A DNA stretch of 64,000 nucleotides from the NCBI GenBank assembly GCA_049967655.1, contig JBMFSH010000012.1:5945-69944 (forward strand), read 5' to 3'. The translations under genes were made by a program, and so were the position numbers. Positions 19,321 through 29,284 of this stretch are shown in pieces. The notes beneath the pieces are model-generated. The model was not told the DNA's origin, did no database searches, and saw only the letters and a list, made by a program, of their open reading frames with translations. Position 1 is the stretch's first letter. Every line of letters begins with the position of its first letter. The stretch comes from Acidobacteriota bacterium (GTDB lineage Bacteria; Acidobacteriota; UBA4820; DSQY01).

Positions 19321-20118
19321 CTACTTCTTAATGGGAGCCGATAGGCCGAGCTTGGCCATGACCTCCTGGATGTCCTTCCAGACTTGCCCTTTGGCGCCCG
19401 GGTTTCTCAGCAGGTAGGAGGGATGGTAGGTGGGCATCATGGCGGTGCCCCGAAAATCCGTCCAGGTGCCCCGGAATTTGGTGATCTGAACGGGGGCCTT
19501 CAGAAGCGCCTGGATGGCCACCCGCCCGAGCCCCACGATGACCTCCGGCCGGATGACGTCGATCTGGGCCTCCAGAAAGGGGAGGCAGGCCTGCACCTCG
19601 TCCGGCTCCGGGTCCCGGTTGCCCGGCGGCCTGCACTTCACCACGTTGGCGATGTAGACCTGGGACCGGGAGAGGCCCATACCCTTGGTGATAATGTCCG
19701 TCAGGAGCTTCCCCGCGCGGCCCACGAAGGGCTCGCCCTGGGCGTCTTCATCGGCCCCCGGCCCCTCGCCGATGAACATGACCCTAGCCCTCGGGTCTCC
19801 GACGCCGAACACGATGTGGCTTCTCTTCTCGCAGAGCTTGCACCGCCGGCAGTCGCCGATCCAGGCTCGGATGGCATCGAGAGCCCGGCCCGGCTCCTCG
19901 GGCCAGGGGCCCTTGGGGGCCGCGGAACCCTCCGAGTGGGCGTGAGGTAAAGGGGGGACAGTGGCCGGTCGCCGGAGCTCCGCCTTGGGCCGGCCGGGGT
20001 TCCCAGCCTCCATCGCGCCTGCCGCCCGGACCTGCCTGGCCAGGCCGTAGTCCAATCCCTGCTCCTTCAGGAAGCCGGCCCTCAGCCGCACCTGCTCGGC
20101 AAAGGCGTCATCGGCCAT
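19321..20118 (-). CDS. uracil-DNA glycosylase family 4 (Fe-S type) with ~85-aa N-terminal extension
   Basis: C-x2-C-x-C-x2-C… (CRRCKLC) and GEGPG motif. Confidence 0.8.
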   Translation of the reverse strand: MADDAFAEQVRLRAGFLKEQGLDYGLARQVRAAGAMEAGNPGRPKAELRRPATVPPLPHAHSEGSAAPKGPWPEEPGRALDAIRAWIGDCRRCKLCEKRSHIVFGVGDPRARVMFIGEGPGADEDAQGEPFVGRAGKLLTDIITKGMGLSRSQVYIANVVKCRPPGNRDPEPDEVQACLPFLEAQIDVIRPEVIVGLGRVAIQALLKAPVQITKFRGTWTDFRGTAMMPTYHPSYLLRNPGAKGQVWKDIQEVMAKLGLSAPIKK

Positions 20119-21349
20119 GGAGCGCCTCTTGAATGGCGTCCCATAGGGCCCTCGCGCAGTCCGTCTTGGAGGCCTCGGGGACTCGCTCCTCGGAACCGTC
20201 CGGCCAGAAGAGGCTGAGGGCGTTGCGGTCCGACTCGAATCCCACCCCCTCCTTGGAAACGTCGTTCGCGGCCACCAGGTCCAGCCCCTTGCGCTTCAGC
20301 TTAGCCAGGGCGTTCTCCTTGAGCTCCTCGGTTTCGGCCGCGAAGCCGCACACGAACTGCCCCTTCCCTTTCAGGGGCGCCAACGCCTCGAGGATATCTT
20401 CCGTGGGCTCAAGGTCGAGTTGCCAGACTCCCTTGCCCTTCTTCCTCTTGGAGGCCAGGGGTTGCGCGGCCCGGTAGTCGGCCACGGCCGCAGCCATGAC
20501 GAGGACCTGGCACTCCCGGAAGCGGGCCCGCACCGCCTCGGCCATCTGGGCCGCCGTGACGACGGGGACGAAATCGGCGCCCGACGGCGGCTCCAGACCC
20601 GTGGGCCCCGAAACCAGCGTGACTTGGGCTCCGCGCTGGATGGCCTCGCGGGCCACGGCGTAGCCCATCTTGCCCGAGGAGCGGTTGGAGAGAAACCGCA
20701 CCGGATCTACGGGTTCCCGCGTTGGACCCGCCGTCACCAGCACCTTCACACCCTGCAGGCCTCCCTCGCGCTCCAGAATGGCCACGGCCTCGCTCGCGAT
20801 GGCCGCCGGTTCGGGCAGCCGGCCCTCATCCACGTCGCCGCAGGCCAGGCTCCCCTTGGCGGGCTGAAGGACTGCGTGCCCCCGCCCCTCCAGGATCCTC
20901 AGGTTCTCCTGCACGGCGGGGTGGCGCCACATGGAGCCGTTCATGGCCGGCACCAGGAGCACCGGAGCCCCGCGGTTGGCCAGGTAGTGGGTGGTCAGGA
21001 AATCGTCGGCGATGCCTCGGGCCAGCTTCCCGAGGATATTGGCCGTGGCGGGAGCCACCAGAAACAGCTCCTCCCACCGGGCCAGCTCGATGTGGGCGAT
21101 GGAGGGCTCGCCCGATCCCTCAAAGAGGTCCGTGATGACCGGATGGCCCGATAGGGCCTGGAAGGTGATGGGCGCCACCATCCGGGCCGCGTGGGCCGTC
21201 ATCACGACCTTCACCTCGCACCTCCGGTCCTGCAGCCGCCGCACCAAATCGCAGGTCTTGTAGATGCTGATGCCGGCGCATACGCCCAGGGTAACCCGGT
21301 GCGTGCCGGCCGCAGATCCCGATGGGGCAATGGGTTTCGTTTTGGCCAT
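20108..21349 (-). CDS. coaBC: bifunctional phosphopantothenoylcysteine decarboxylase/synthetase
   Basis: flavoprotein N-domain plus DFP C-domain. Confidence 0.9.
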   Translation of the reverse strand: MAKTKPIAPSGSAAGTHRVTLGVCAGISIYKTCDLVRRLQDRRCEVKVVMTAHAARMVAPITFQALSGHPVITDLFEGSGEPSIAHIELARWEELFLVAPATANILGKLARGIADDFLTTHYLANRGAPVLLVPAMNGSMWRHPAVQENLRILEGRGHAVLQPAKGSLACGDVDEGRLPEPAAIASEAVAILEREGGLQGVKVLVTAGPTREPVDPVRFLSNRSSGKMGYAVAREAIQRGAQVTLVSGPTGLEPPSGADFVPVVTAAQMAEAVRARFRECQVLVMAAAVADYRAAQPLASKRKKGKGVWQLDLEPTEDILEALAPLKGKGQFVCGFAAETEELKENALAKLKRKGLDLVAANDVSKEGVGFESDRNALSLFWPDGSEERVPEASKTDCARALWDAIQEALHGR

Positions 21350-21551
21350 AGCCAGCCCTCCCTGCTCGCGCCCGGCGCGAGTGGCTCTTCACCCTCCCGG
21401 CGCCTTCGTTAGCCATTATGGCATCCACCGGCCATTCCTCCAACGAACCGGTCCCCTGCGGGCTTTCGGCTCGGGTGTGCCTTACATTGAGAGTTGGGAT
21501 CGAGCCTCCGACGGCGGTCGCCGGAGGGCTACCCCGCCCGAGGAGTCCACC

Positions 21552-22133
21552 ATGCGACGAACCTTTCGAACGCTCCTTCTCCTGTCCACGCCCCTTCTCC
21601 TGGCCAGTTGCGCCTCCACCCGTATCACGACCTCCTGGGCCGACCCGCAGATCTCCGGCTTTAAGCCCAAGTCGGCCATGGTGCTCGTGATCAGCCCCAA
21701 CGAGGTGACCCGCCGGAGCGGCGAGGACGAGCTGGCCGCCCTGCTCCCCGGCCTCCACGCCACCCCCGCCTACCGCCTGCTGACCGAACCGGTCCTGAAG
21801 GACAAGGACGCCACCATGAAGGCGCTCAAGGCCAAGGGGGTGGATGCGGTCATCCTGCTCCGCTTCGCCGGGGTTCAGCGTGAGCTGAACTGGGCGCCGG
21901 GCATGTATCCGACCTTCTGGGGCTACTACCGCTGGGCGTGGGTCGAGTCGCCCGCCTGGGCCTGGACCGACACTACGGTATGGACGGAGGTCCGCGTCTA
22001 CCAGGTCTCCACGGACAAGCTCGTCTGGGCCGGCGTGTTCCGGACCTTCGACCCCAAGTCGCCGCAGGACGCCATCGCCCAGGTGGCCCGCTCCGCCGCC
22101 GAGGCGCTCCAAAAGGCCGGTCTGGCTTCCTAG
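21552..22133 (+). CDS. lipoprotein, function unknown
   Basis: signal peptide with lipobox LLASC, GGAG RBS; start from ORF-track arithmetic. Confidence 0.55.
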   Translation: MRRTFRTLLLLSTPLLLASCASTRITTSWADPQISGFKPKSAMVLVISPNEVTRRSGEDELAALLPGLHATPAYRLLTEPVLKDKDATMKALKAKGVDAVILLRFAGVQRELNWAPGMYPTFWGYYRWAWVESPAWAWTDTTVWTEVRVYQVSTDKLVWAGVFRTFDPKSPQDAIAQVARSAAEALQKAGLAS

Positions 22134-22136
22134 CGT

Positions 22137-22193
22137 CCACCCTCGGGTGGGTGCGCCCGGACCAAACCCCCAGCGCCGCGCCAAGAGCGCGGC
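22137..22193. terminator. two GC hairpins between convergent genes (candidate bidirectional terminators)
   Basis: CCACCC-TCG-GGTGGG and GCCGCGC-CAAGA-GCGCGGC. Confidence 0.4.
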
Positions 22194-22257
22194 CCATCCC
22201 CCCGCCGGGGTTCGGAGCCGGCAGGGTGGTCCATGGTGGATGGACAGGACGCGAAAG

Positions 22258-24024
22258 CTATTTCTCTTTGACGGCGATCCCCAGTTCGTCGAGCTGCTTG
22301 GCCTCCACGGTGCCCGGAGAACCCGTCATCAGGCAGAGGCCCGAGGTGGTCTTGGGGAAGGGGATCACGTCGCGGATGGAGTCGCATCCCAGCAGGAGCA
22401 TTACCAGGCGGTCGAATCCGAAGGCGATTCCCCCGTGGGGAGGGGTGCCGTAGCGGAAGGCGTCCAGGAGGAAGCCGAACTTCTCCTGGGCCTGCTTCTC
22501 CGAGAAGCCGAGGGCCTTGAACACCTTCCGCTGAACGTCGCCCCGGTGGATACGGATGGAGCCGCCGCCGATCTCGTTGCCGTCCAGGACGAGGTCGTAG
22601 GCCAGCGCCTCCACCTTGCCGGGGTCGCTCTCCAGGAGCGGCCAGTGCTCCTCGCGAGGCATGGTGAAGGGGTGGTGGCGGGCCACCCACCGCGCCTCCT
22701 CGGGGCTCCACTCGAACATGGGGAAGCGGTGCACCCAGAGCAGGTCGTGGCGGCCCTTCTCCACGAGCCCCAAGGCCCCCGCGAAGTGGAGCCGGAGCGC
22801 GCTCAGACAGGCGCAGGCCGTGTCGTAGCCGTCCGCCACGAAGAGCCCCAGGTCTCCATCCTTGGCTCCGACGGCCTCCAGCATGGCCGCGGCGGGACCT
22901 TCGCCGATGTGCTTCAGGGCGGCGCCGGCGAGCACCCCCTCCCGGCGCATGAGGCTGACGACGCCCTTGCCACCGAAGGGCTTCACGATGCCGTTCAGCT
23001 CGTCGACCTGCTTCCGGGAAATCCCCGCCATGCCGGGCACGGCCAGGCCGCGCACGCAGCCGCCTGCCTCCAGCGCCCCCTTGAAGACGCCGAAGGCCGT
23101 CCCTCCGGCGATCTCCGAGACCGTCCGTAGCTCCAGGCCGAAGCGCGTGTCGGGCTTGTCGCAGCCGTACCGCTCCATGGCCTCGGCGTAGGTCAGCCGG
23201 GGGATGGACGAGGGCGGAGCGAGACCAGCCTCCTCGAAGAGGGCCGCCACCAGCCCCTCGGCCAGCGCCATGATGGCCTCCTCCGTGGGGAAGGACATCT
23301 CGATGTCGATCTGCGTGAACTCGAGCTGGCGGTCCGCTCGCAGGTCCTCGTCCCTGAAGCAGCGCACCACCTGGAAGTAGCGGTCGAAGCCCGCCACCAT
23401 GCAGAGCTGCTTGAAAAGCTGGGGCGACTGGGGGAGCGCGTAGAAGGAGCCGGGCCTCAGGCGCGAGGGGACCAGGAAGTCGCGGGCCCCCTCCGGCGTG
23501 GACTTGGTCAGGAAGGGGGTCTCGATCTCGATGAAGCCCCGCTCGCTGAGGTACGAGCGCGTCCGCTGGGCCAGCCGGTGGCGGGCCACGATGCGGGCGT
23601 TCTGGAAGGGGCGCCGCAGGTCCAGGTACCGGTAGGCGAGGCGCATCTCCTCGCTCACGAGCGCCTCGTCCTCCACCGCGAAGGGCGGCGTCTCGGCCTC
23701 GGCCAGGACCTCGATCTCCGAGACCTCCACCTCCACCGAGCCCGTCTCCATGTGGGGGTTCACGTCCTTCTCTCCGCGGGGTCGGACCGTTCCCCGCACC
23801 GCGATGACGTACTCGGGCCGCAGCTCCTTGGCCAGGGCGAAGGCGGCGGGGGTGCGGTCCTCGGAGAAGACGAGCTGGCAGATCCCCTCCCGGTCCCGCA
23901 GGTCGATGAAGACGAGGCTGCCCAGGTCCCGGCGGCGGCGGACCCATCCCTTCAGGACCACCTCCTCCCCCACGTGGCTCTTCCGGACCAGGCCGGCGTA
24001 GAGGCTCCTCTCAGGCAGGCTCAT
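22258..24024 (-). CDS. aspS: aspartate--tRNA ligase
   Basis: class II aaRS with N-terminal OB fold; start MSLPERSLYAGL at 24024; the longer upstream ORF is an artifact. Confidence 0.9.
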   Translation of the reverse strand: MSLPERSLYAGLVRKSHVGEEVVLKGWVRRRRDLGSLVFIDLRDREGICQLVFSEDRTPAAFALAKELRPEYVIAVRGTVRPRGEKDVNPHMETGSVEVEVSEIEVLAEAETPPFAVEDEALVSEEMRLAYRYLDLRRPFQNARIVARHRLAQRTRSYLSERGFIEIETPFLTKSTPEGARDFLVPSRLRPGSFYALPQSPQLFKQLCMVAGFDRYFQVVRCFRDEDLRADRQLEFTQIDIEMSFPTEEAIMALAEGLVAALFEEAGLAPPSSIPRLTYAEAMERYGCDKPDTRFGLELRTVSEIAGGTAFGVFKGALEAGGCVRGLAVPGMAGISRKQVDELNGIVKPFGGKGVVSLMRREGVLAGAALKHIGEGPAAAMLEAVGAKDGDLGLFVADGYDTACACLSALRLHFAGALGLVEKGRHDLLWVHRFPMFEWSPEEARWVARHHPFTMPREEHWPLLESDPGKVEALAYDLVLDGNEIGGGSIRIHRGDVQRKVFKALGFSEKQAQEKFGFLLDAFRYGTPPHGGIAFGFDRLVMLLLGCDSIRDVIPFPKTTSGLCLMTGSPGTVEAKQLDELGIAVKEK

Positions 24025-25271
24025 GCTCCCTCCTCCTCCGCCAAGCGGCGCGCCAGCTCTTCGCGGCTCAGCGCGGACTGCTCGCCCGTCGCCATGTTCT
24101 TCAGCGTGTAGCGCCCCGAACCGGCCTCCTCCTCCCCCAGCAGCACCACGAAGCGCACGTTCATCCGGTCCGCCCGCTTGAGGGCCGACTTGAAGGAGCG
24201 GGCCGTGTGCTCCATCACCACGATGGCGCCCGCGGCCCTCAGATCCCGCGCCAGGGCGAGGGCGGCCTGGTAGGTCCCTCCGCCCGCCCAGGCGAGGTAG
24301 CTCCAGGGCAGGCGGGAGGCCGCCGGCTGCGGGAGGGCCATGAGGAGCCGCTCCATGCCTAGGGCCCAGCCGAAGCCCGCGCAAGCCGGGCCGCCGATCT
24401 GCTCCAGGAGGCCGTCGTACCGCCCTCCCCCCAGCAGGGCATCCTGGGCGCCAAGGGCGCTGCTCGTCACCTCGAACACCGTTCGGGTGTAGTAGTCCAG
24501 CCCCCGCACCAGGCGGGGGCGAGGCACAAAGGGCACGCGGAGGATCTCCAGCGCCTCCCGCAGGGCGTCGTGGTGCTCGGCGCAGGACTCGCACAGGAAA
24601 TCGGTGAAGTGCGGCGCCTTGTCCAGGTAGGGCTGGCAGGTGGGCACCTTGCAGTCCAGGACGCGCAGCGGGTTGGTCTCCAGGCGGCGGCGGCAGTCCC
24701 CGCACAGGTGATCCGCCGAGCCCGCCAGCTCCTCTTTCAAGGCGGAGACGTAGATGGGCCGGCAATTAGGGCAGCCTACGGAGTTGAGCTGGACGGAGAG
24801 TCCCATCACCCCCACAGCCCCCAGGAACTCCATCACCATGGCGATGGTCTCGGCGTCCACGCCCGGAGCGGGGTCGCCCAGGACCTCGGCGCCGATCTGG
24901 TGGAACTGCCGGTAGCGCCCCTTCTGGGGCCTCTCGTAGCGGAACTGCGGCCCGACGTAGTAGAGCCGCCCGTGGAGGGGCGACTCGTAGAGCCGGTGCT
25001 CCACCACGGAGCGCGCCACGCCGGCCGTATTCTCGGGCCGCATGGTCAGGCTCCGCCCCTTCCGATCCTGGAAGGTGTACATCTCCTTGGTTACGATGTC
25101 GGTCTCGTCCCCGATACCCCGCACGAAGAGCTCCGTGGGCTCGAGGATCGGCGTCCGGATCTCCGTGAAGCCGTACCGCGCGAAGGTCTCCCGCGCCGCC
25201 CGCTCCACGGCCTGCCAGACCGTGATGTCCGGGAAGAGAAGGTCCTGTGTCCCCTTGACCGCTGAAATCAT
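24021..25271 (-). CDS. hisS: histidine--tRNA ligase
   Basis: class II motifs; overlaps the aspS start by 4 nt. Confidence 0.9.
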   Translation of the reverse strand: MISAVKGTQDLLFPDITVWQAVERAARETFARYGFTEIRTPILEPTELFVRGIGDETDIVTKEMYTFQDRKGRSLTMRPENTAGVARSVVEHRLYESPLHGRLYYVGPQFRYERPQKGRYRQFHQIGAEVLGDPAPGVDAETIAMVMEFLGAVGVMGLSVQLNSVGCPNCRPIYVSALKEELAGSADHLCGDCRRRLETNPLRVLDCKVPTCQPYLDKAPHFTDFLCESCAEHHDALREALEILRVPFVPRPRLVRGLDYYTRTVFEVTSSALGAQDALLGGGRYDGLLEQIGGPACAGFGWALGMERLLMALPQPAASRLPWSYLAWAGGGTYQAALALARDLRAAGAIVVMEHTARSFKSALKRADRMNVRFVVLLGEEEAGSGRYTLKNMATGEQSALSREELARRLAEEEGA

Positions 25272-25434
25272 GCGTCCTCCAGGGCCGTGATTGTACCATC
25301 CGGGCCGGTGCTCGCGCGACGATCGGATCCCTTTCCGCAGAGGCGGCAGGGGCGGGCCGGCCGCGGGGCGCCGAGCGGAAGAGCCCGCGGCCCGCGGCGG
25401 CTGACGTCGCGGAGGATCCGGCCCCGGCGGCGCA

Positions 25435-26715
25435 TCACCCCCAGGACAGCAAGCTCTCCAGGACCTGGAAGAAGTCCGGGAATGACTTCGCGACGCACGA
25501 AGGCTGGGAGATCCGTGTCCCAGAGATTCGCAGCCCCATGACGGCGAAGGCCATGGCCATGCGGTGGTCGCCGTGGGGGTCGAGGCGGGCCGGGCGGACG
25601 TCGCTGGCCGGCACGACGGTGAGGCGGTCCGATTCCACGAGCATGCTCCCCCCGAGGGCCGTGACGGCGTCCGCCAGCACCGCCAGCCGGTCGCTCTCCT
25701 TGAAGCGCAGGTGTCCGACCCCCGAAAGGACGGTGGGAGAGGGCGCGAAGAGGGCCACGGCCACGAGGGGGGGCACCAGGTCCGGGCAATCGCGCACGTC
25801 GGCTTCCAGCCCGCGGGCGGGTTGGCCCTGTAGCTCCATACCCTTCCCCGATTCGGAAAGACGGCACCCCATCGCCTCGAGGTGGTCCGCGAAGGCGGCG
25901 TCGCCCTGGAGCATGCGCCGCCTCATCCCGGCCACCGTGACGTCGCCGCCGGTCACGGCCGCGGCGGCCAGCAGAAAGGCCGCCGCCGAAGCGTCGGGCT
26001 CGATCTCCACCTCCGCCGCCCGGTAGGGGCCCGGCTCCACCTCCCACCACCCTCCGGCATCTTCGCGCACCTCGGCCCCAAAGCGGCTCATGAGGGCTAC
26101 GGTCATGCGCGCGTAGGCCCCGGACACCAGATGGGACGCGCGGAGCCGGACGGGGCCCCGCGCCAGGGGGGCCGCCAGGAGCATGCCGGAGACGAACTGG
26201 CTGCTGACGGAGGAGTCCACCTCCATCGCCCCGCCCTCCCACCTCCGCCCTTCGATGACCACCGGCGGGAAGCCCTCGCGGTCGGCGAAACGCAGCACCG
26301 CGCCCGTCCCGGCCAGCGCTCGGGCCAGGGGCTCGACGGGCCGGCGGCGCAGCTGTGAATCTCCATCCAGGGTGAAGCCGCCCTCCGAGGCGGCGCAGAG
26401 GGCCATGAGCAGGCGGAGGGTGGTGCCGCTGGCGGCGCAGTGGAGGGGCGAGCCCGGCGGAGAGAGGCAGCCGGAAGTTCCGCGGACCGTGAGGCGCTCG
26501 CCACCTTCGGTTCGGGCCCCCAGGGCCCGGATGCAGGCCAGCGTGGCCCGAACGTCCTGGGCATCGGGCACGGGGTGAATCCCGCTCTTCCCCTCGGCGA
26601 GGGCCCCAAGGATCAGCGCCCGGTGGGCGATGGATTTTGAGGCGGGGACGCGGGCCGTGCCGCGGGCCGTCCCGCCGCTCGGGACCGGGTAGGGATCGGA
26701 GATCTGGCTTCCCAT
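25435..26715 (-). CDS. aroA: 3-phosphoshikimate 1-carboxyvinyltransferase (EPSP synthase)
   Basis: 426 aa, EPSP synthase fold motifs. Confidence 0.85.
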   Translation of the reverse strand: MGSQISDPYPVPSGGTARGTARVPASKSIAHRALILGALAEGKSGIHPVPDAQDVRATLACIRALGARTEGGERLTVRGTSGCLSPPGSPLHCAASGTTLRLLMALCAASEGGFTLDGDSQLRRRPVEPLARALAGTGAVLRFADREGFPPVVIEGRRWEGGAMEVDSSVSSQFVSGMLLAAPLARGPVRLRASHLVSGAYARMTVALMSRFGAEVREDAGGWWEVEPGPYRAAEVEIEPDASAAAFLLAAAAVTGGDVTVAGMRRRMLQGDAAFADHLEAMGCRLSESGKGMELQGQPARGLEADVRDCPDLVPPLVAVALFAPSPTVLSGVGHLRFKESDRLAVLADAVTALGGSMLVESDRLTVVPASDVRPARLDPHGDHRMAMAFAVMGLRISGTRISQPSCVAKSFPDFFQVLESLLSWG

Positions 26716-26812
26716 GAACCGCCCTCGCCACTCCCCCGCCGCCGTGCCGGATCAGCGGGGGATGAGGCGCAAGGGGGAGCGCTGCCCGCCGTCCTTCCCC
26801 GGCTCCCCGGCC

Positions 26813-27286
26813 CTACCTCTCCCTCATGGCTCGCTCGGTTTCGCGGGCGATGTCGCGCTCCTTGAGGGCCTCCTTCTTGTCGTAGGTCTTCTTGCCCCGC
26901 CCCAGGCCCAGCTCCACCTTGATGGAGCCGCGGCTGAGGTAGACCCTGAGCGGAACCAGCGTCAGCCCCTTCTCCTCCACCCTTCCCTTGAGCTTCAGGA
27001 TCTCCTTCTTGTGCATGAGGAGCTTGCGCTTGCGGAGCGGGTCCACGGGGGCCAGGGCCTCGTGCGTGTGGTAGCTATAGGGGGAGATGTGGCATTGGTA
27101 GAGCCAGAGCTCCCCGCCCTCCACCATGGCGTAGGCGTCCTTCAACTGGACGTGGCCCGCGCGGATGGACTTCACCTCGGGGCCCAGGAGCACCATGCCC
27201 GCCTCGAACTTGTCGAGGATCTCGTAGAGGTGGAAGGCCTGCCGGTTGCGCGAGATGTCCCGCTGAGCCTCGGTGCGCTCGCTCAT
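26813..27286 (-). CDS. smpB: SsrA-binding protein
   Basis: 157 aa, canonical SmpB sequence. Confidence 0.9.
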   Translation of the reverse strand: MSERTEAQRDISRNRQAFHLYEILDKFEAGMVLLGPEVKSIRAGHVQLKDAYAMVEGGELWLYQCHISPYSYHTHEALAPVDPLRKRKLLMHKKEILKLKGRVEEKGLTLVPLRVYLSRGSIKVELGLGRGKKTYDKKEALKERDIARETERAMRER

Positions 27287-27540
27287 GGGCCCTCGGGATC
27301 CTGGGACGGCGGCAGGTGCCGCATGACCGCGTCCTTGAAGGAGGCCGGCACGCCGATGTTGGGCAGGCTCTCGAGGGTCTCCACCAGCCCCCGCATGGCC
27401 TCGTACTCCGCCAGGCAGGAGGGGCAGGCGGCCAGGTGGAGCCGGATCTCCTCGGCCTCCTCCGGCGTGAAGTCGTTCTCGATGAAGCGGGGAAGCAGCG
27501 CCAGGACTTTCAGACAGCGAGTGCTGGTTTTGTCCGTCAC
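27283..27540 (-). CDS. zinc-finger anti-sigma factor (putative, ZAS-like)
   Basis: 85 aa, HLAACPSC motif, immediately downstream of the ECF sigma gene. Confidence 0.6.
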   Translation of the reverse strand: MTDKTSTRCLKVLALLPRFIENDFTPEEAEEIRLHLAACPSCLAEYEAMRGLVETLESLPNIGVPASFKDAVMRHLPPSQDPEGP

Positions 27541-27559
27541 CGTCCCACCTCCAACGGGG

Positions 27560-28135
27560 CTAGCGATAGTCCTTGAGCCGCTCCATGAGGAGCTGGCGGG
27601 CCCTGAAAATCCGATTTTTAACGGTCCCGATCGGCAGTCCGGTGATCTTCGCCATCTCCTCGTAGGAGCGGAAGTTGAAGTGCCTGAGCAGGATGAGCTC
27701 CCTATAGGAGGGAGGCAGCTCCTCCAGGGCCTTCGTGACTTCGGAGAGGATCACTTGGTTGCGATACGCCTCCTGGGGATTCAAAGTTGCGCTCTCCAGG
27801 GGCAGTTCTCGGTGGTCGGGGTCCTCCTGCCGCTCCTGGATGGAGAGGGTGGTCATCTTCTGGCGCCTCAAGTAGTCGATGGTGTGGTTGCTCGCGATCT
27901 TGTAGAGCCAGGTGGAGAATTTGTACTGCCCGTCGTATCGGTCGAGGCTCCCGTAGGCCTTCAGGAAGACCTCCTGGCACAGTTCGAGGGCCTCCTCATA
28001 GCGGTGGACCATGTGGTAGATGTAGTTCACCAGCCCCTTCTGGTAGCGCTCCACCAGCAGCGCGAAGGCCTCCCGGTCCCCCTCCAGGACCTCCTTCACC
28101 ACCTCCGCATCGGTCAGGACCCGCTGGGCCTCCAT
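27560..28135 (-). CDS. RNA polymerase ECF-subfamily sigma factor
   Basis: sigma70 regions 2 and 4 (…YIYHMV…, …YEEMAKITGLPIGTVKNRIFRAR…). Confidence 0.85.
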   Translation of the reverse strand: MEAQRVLTDAEVVKEVLEGDREAFALLVERYQKGLVNYIYHMVHRYEEALELCQEVFLKAYGSLDRYDGQYKFSTWLYKIASNHTIDYLRRQKMTTLSIQERQEDPDHRELPLESATLNPQEAYRNQVILSEVTKALEELPPSYRELILLRHFNFRSYEEMAKITGLPIGTVKNRIFRARQLLMERLKDYR

Positions 28136-28393
28136 CGCCCCTCCGCCAGCATTCTAGGAGCAGGGTCGCACCCTGGCAAGCGGTCGGGCTCACCGCCGCC
28201 CCCCTGCACGGCCGTCCAAAAGAATTTCAGCCCACATCTGAAGTTTTTGCCTTCCGGAGCGAAGCGGAGGAAGGCGCGTTCCGGCGCCGGCAGGCATCTT
28301 CGTATCCGGGCTTGCGCGGATTCGTGCGGGGTGCCATAGAATGGGGGACGCAGTGCATCCTGCGAGAGGGCAGGCCCACACCAGGAGGCGTCC

Positions 28394-28813
28394 ATGAAGT
28401 CGCACCGGGAGACCCTGACCATCGAGACGCCCACCCGGCGGGCCTTCCTCAACATCACGGACCGGGTCCAGGCCGCCGTGGCGGCCAGCGGAATCCGCGA
28501 GGGGCTGTGCCTGGTCAACGCCATGCACATCACCGCCAGCGTCTTCATCAACGACGACGAATCCGGGCTCCACCAGGACTACGAGGAGTGGCTCGAGGGG
28601 CTGGCCCCGCACGAGCCCGTGAGCCGGTACCGGCACAACCGCACGGGAGAGGACAACGGCGACGCCCACCTCAAGCGGCAGGTCATGGGCCGCGAGGTGG
28701 TGGTGGCCGTCACGGGCGGGCGGCTGGACTTCGGCCCTTGGGAGCAGATCTTCTACGGCGAGTTCGACGGGCGCCGGCCCAAGCGGGTGCTCATCAAGAT
28801 CATCGGAGAGTAG
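28394..28813 (+). CDS. YjbQ/UPF0047 family protein (secondary thiamine-phosphate synthase-like)
   Basis: 139 aa, YjbQ family sequence. Confidence 0.75.
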   Translation: MKSHRETLTIETPTRRAFLNITDRVQAAVAASGIREGLCLVNAMHITASVFINDDESGLHQDYEEWLEGLAPHEPVSRYRHNRTGEDNGDAHLKRQVMGREVVVAVTGGRLDFGPWEQIFYGEFDGRRPKRVLIKIIGE

Positions 28814-28819
28814 CGGGGC

Positions 28820-29284
28820 ATGGCGCGAGAATCCAGGAGACACCCGGGCAGAAAGCGGGAGCGGAAGCTCACCCGCTTCAGCATGAGCCGCAAGAGCGAG
28901 GTGGCTCTGGCCGCCGTGGGCGTTTTCGTCATCGCCCTGGTGCTGGGCTTTCTGTGGCTCATCCTGTCACCCCTCTGGCTCAAGCCCGGCCCCGCCGAGG
29001 TGGCCGCGCGGCAGGTCGCCCTGGAGCGCGACGCCCAGGTGTGGCGGGAGGCCAGGGAGAGCGGACTCCTGCTGAAGGTTCAGCAGGACCGCCAGGAGCT
29101 CTTCGTGGACGCGGCCAAATGGAACGCCCTGCTGCCCACCGAGCACGCGCCGCGGGTCGCGGCCATCGCCGCCCATCTGGGCTGGGACTGGGCCTTCATC
29201 TTCGACGCCTCCACCGGCCGGCAGCTGGGCTGGTACGTGAAGGACAAGGGCTACCACTCCACGCCCAATTCTTCCCCTCGCTAG
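28820..29284 (+). CDS. hypothetical membrane protein
   Basis: one TM helix; start ambiguous (28820 or about 28883). Confidence 0.4.
   Translation: MARESRRHPGRKRERKLTRFSMSRKSEVALAAVGVFVIALVLGFLWLILSPLWLKPGPAEVAARQVALERDAQVWREARESGLLLKVQQDRQELFVDAAKWNALLPTEHAPRVAAIAAHLGWDWAFIFDASTGRQLGWYVKDKGYHSTPNSSPR

Noticed and set aside
22258-24765. 835-aa version of aspS
   Set aside because: The upstream 247 residues are a G/R/P-rich artifact overlapping hisS on the same strand. The conserved AspS begins at MSLPERSLY (24024).
26700-27300. tmRNA (ssrA) expected near smpB
   Set aside because: No tRNA-like T-arm (GTTCGAATC-type) or ANDENYALAA-type tag reading frame was found in the flanking intergenic DNA.
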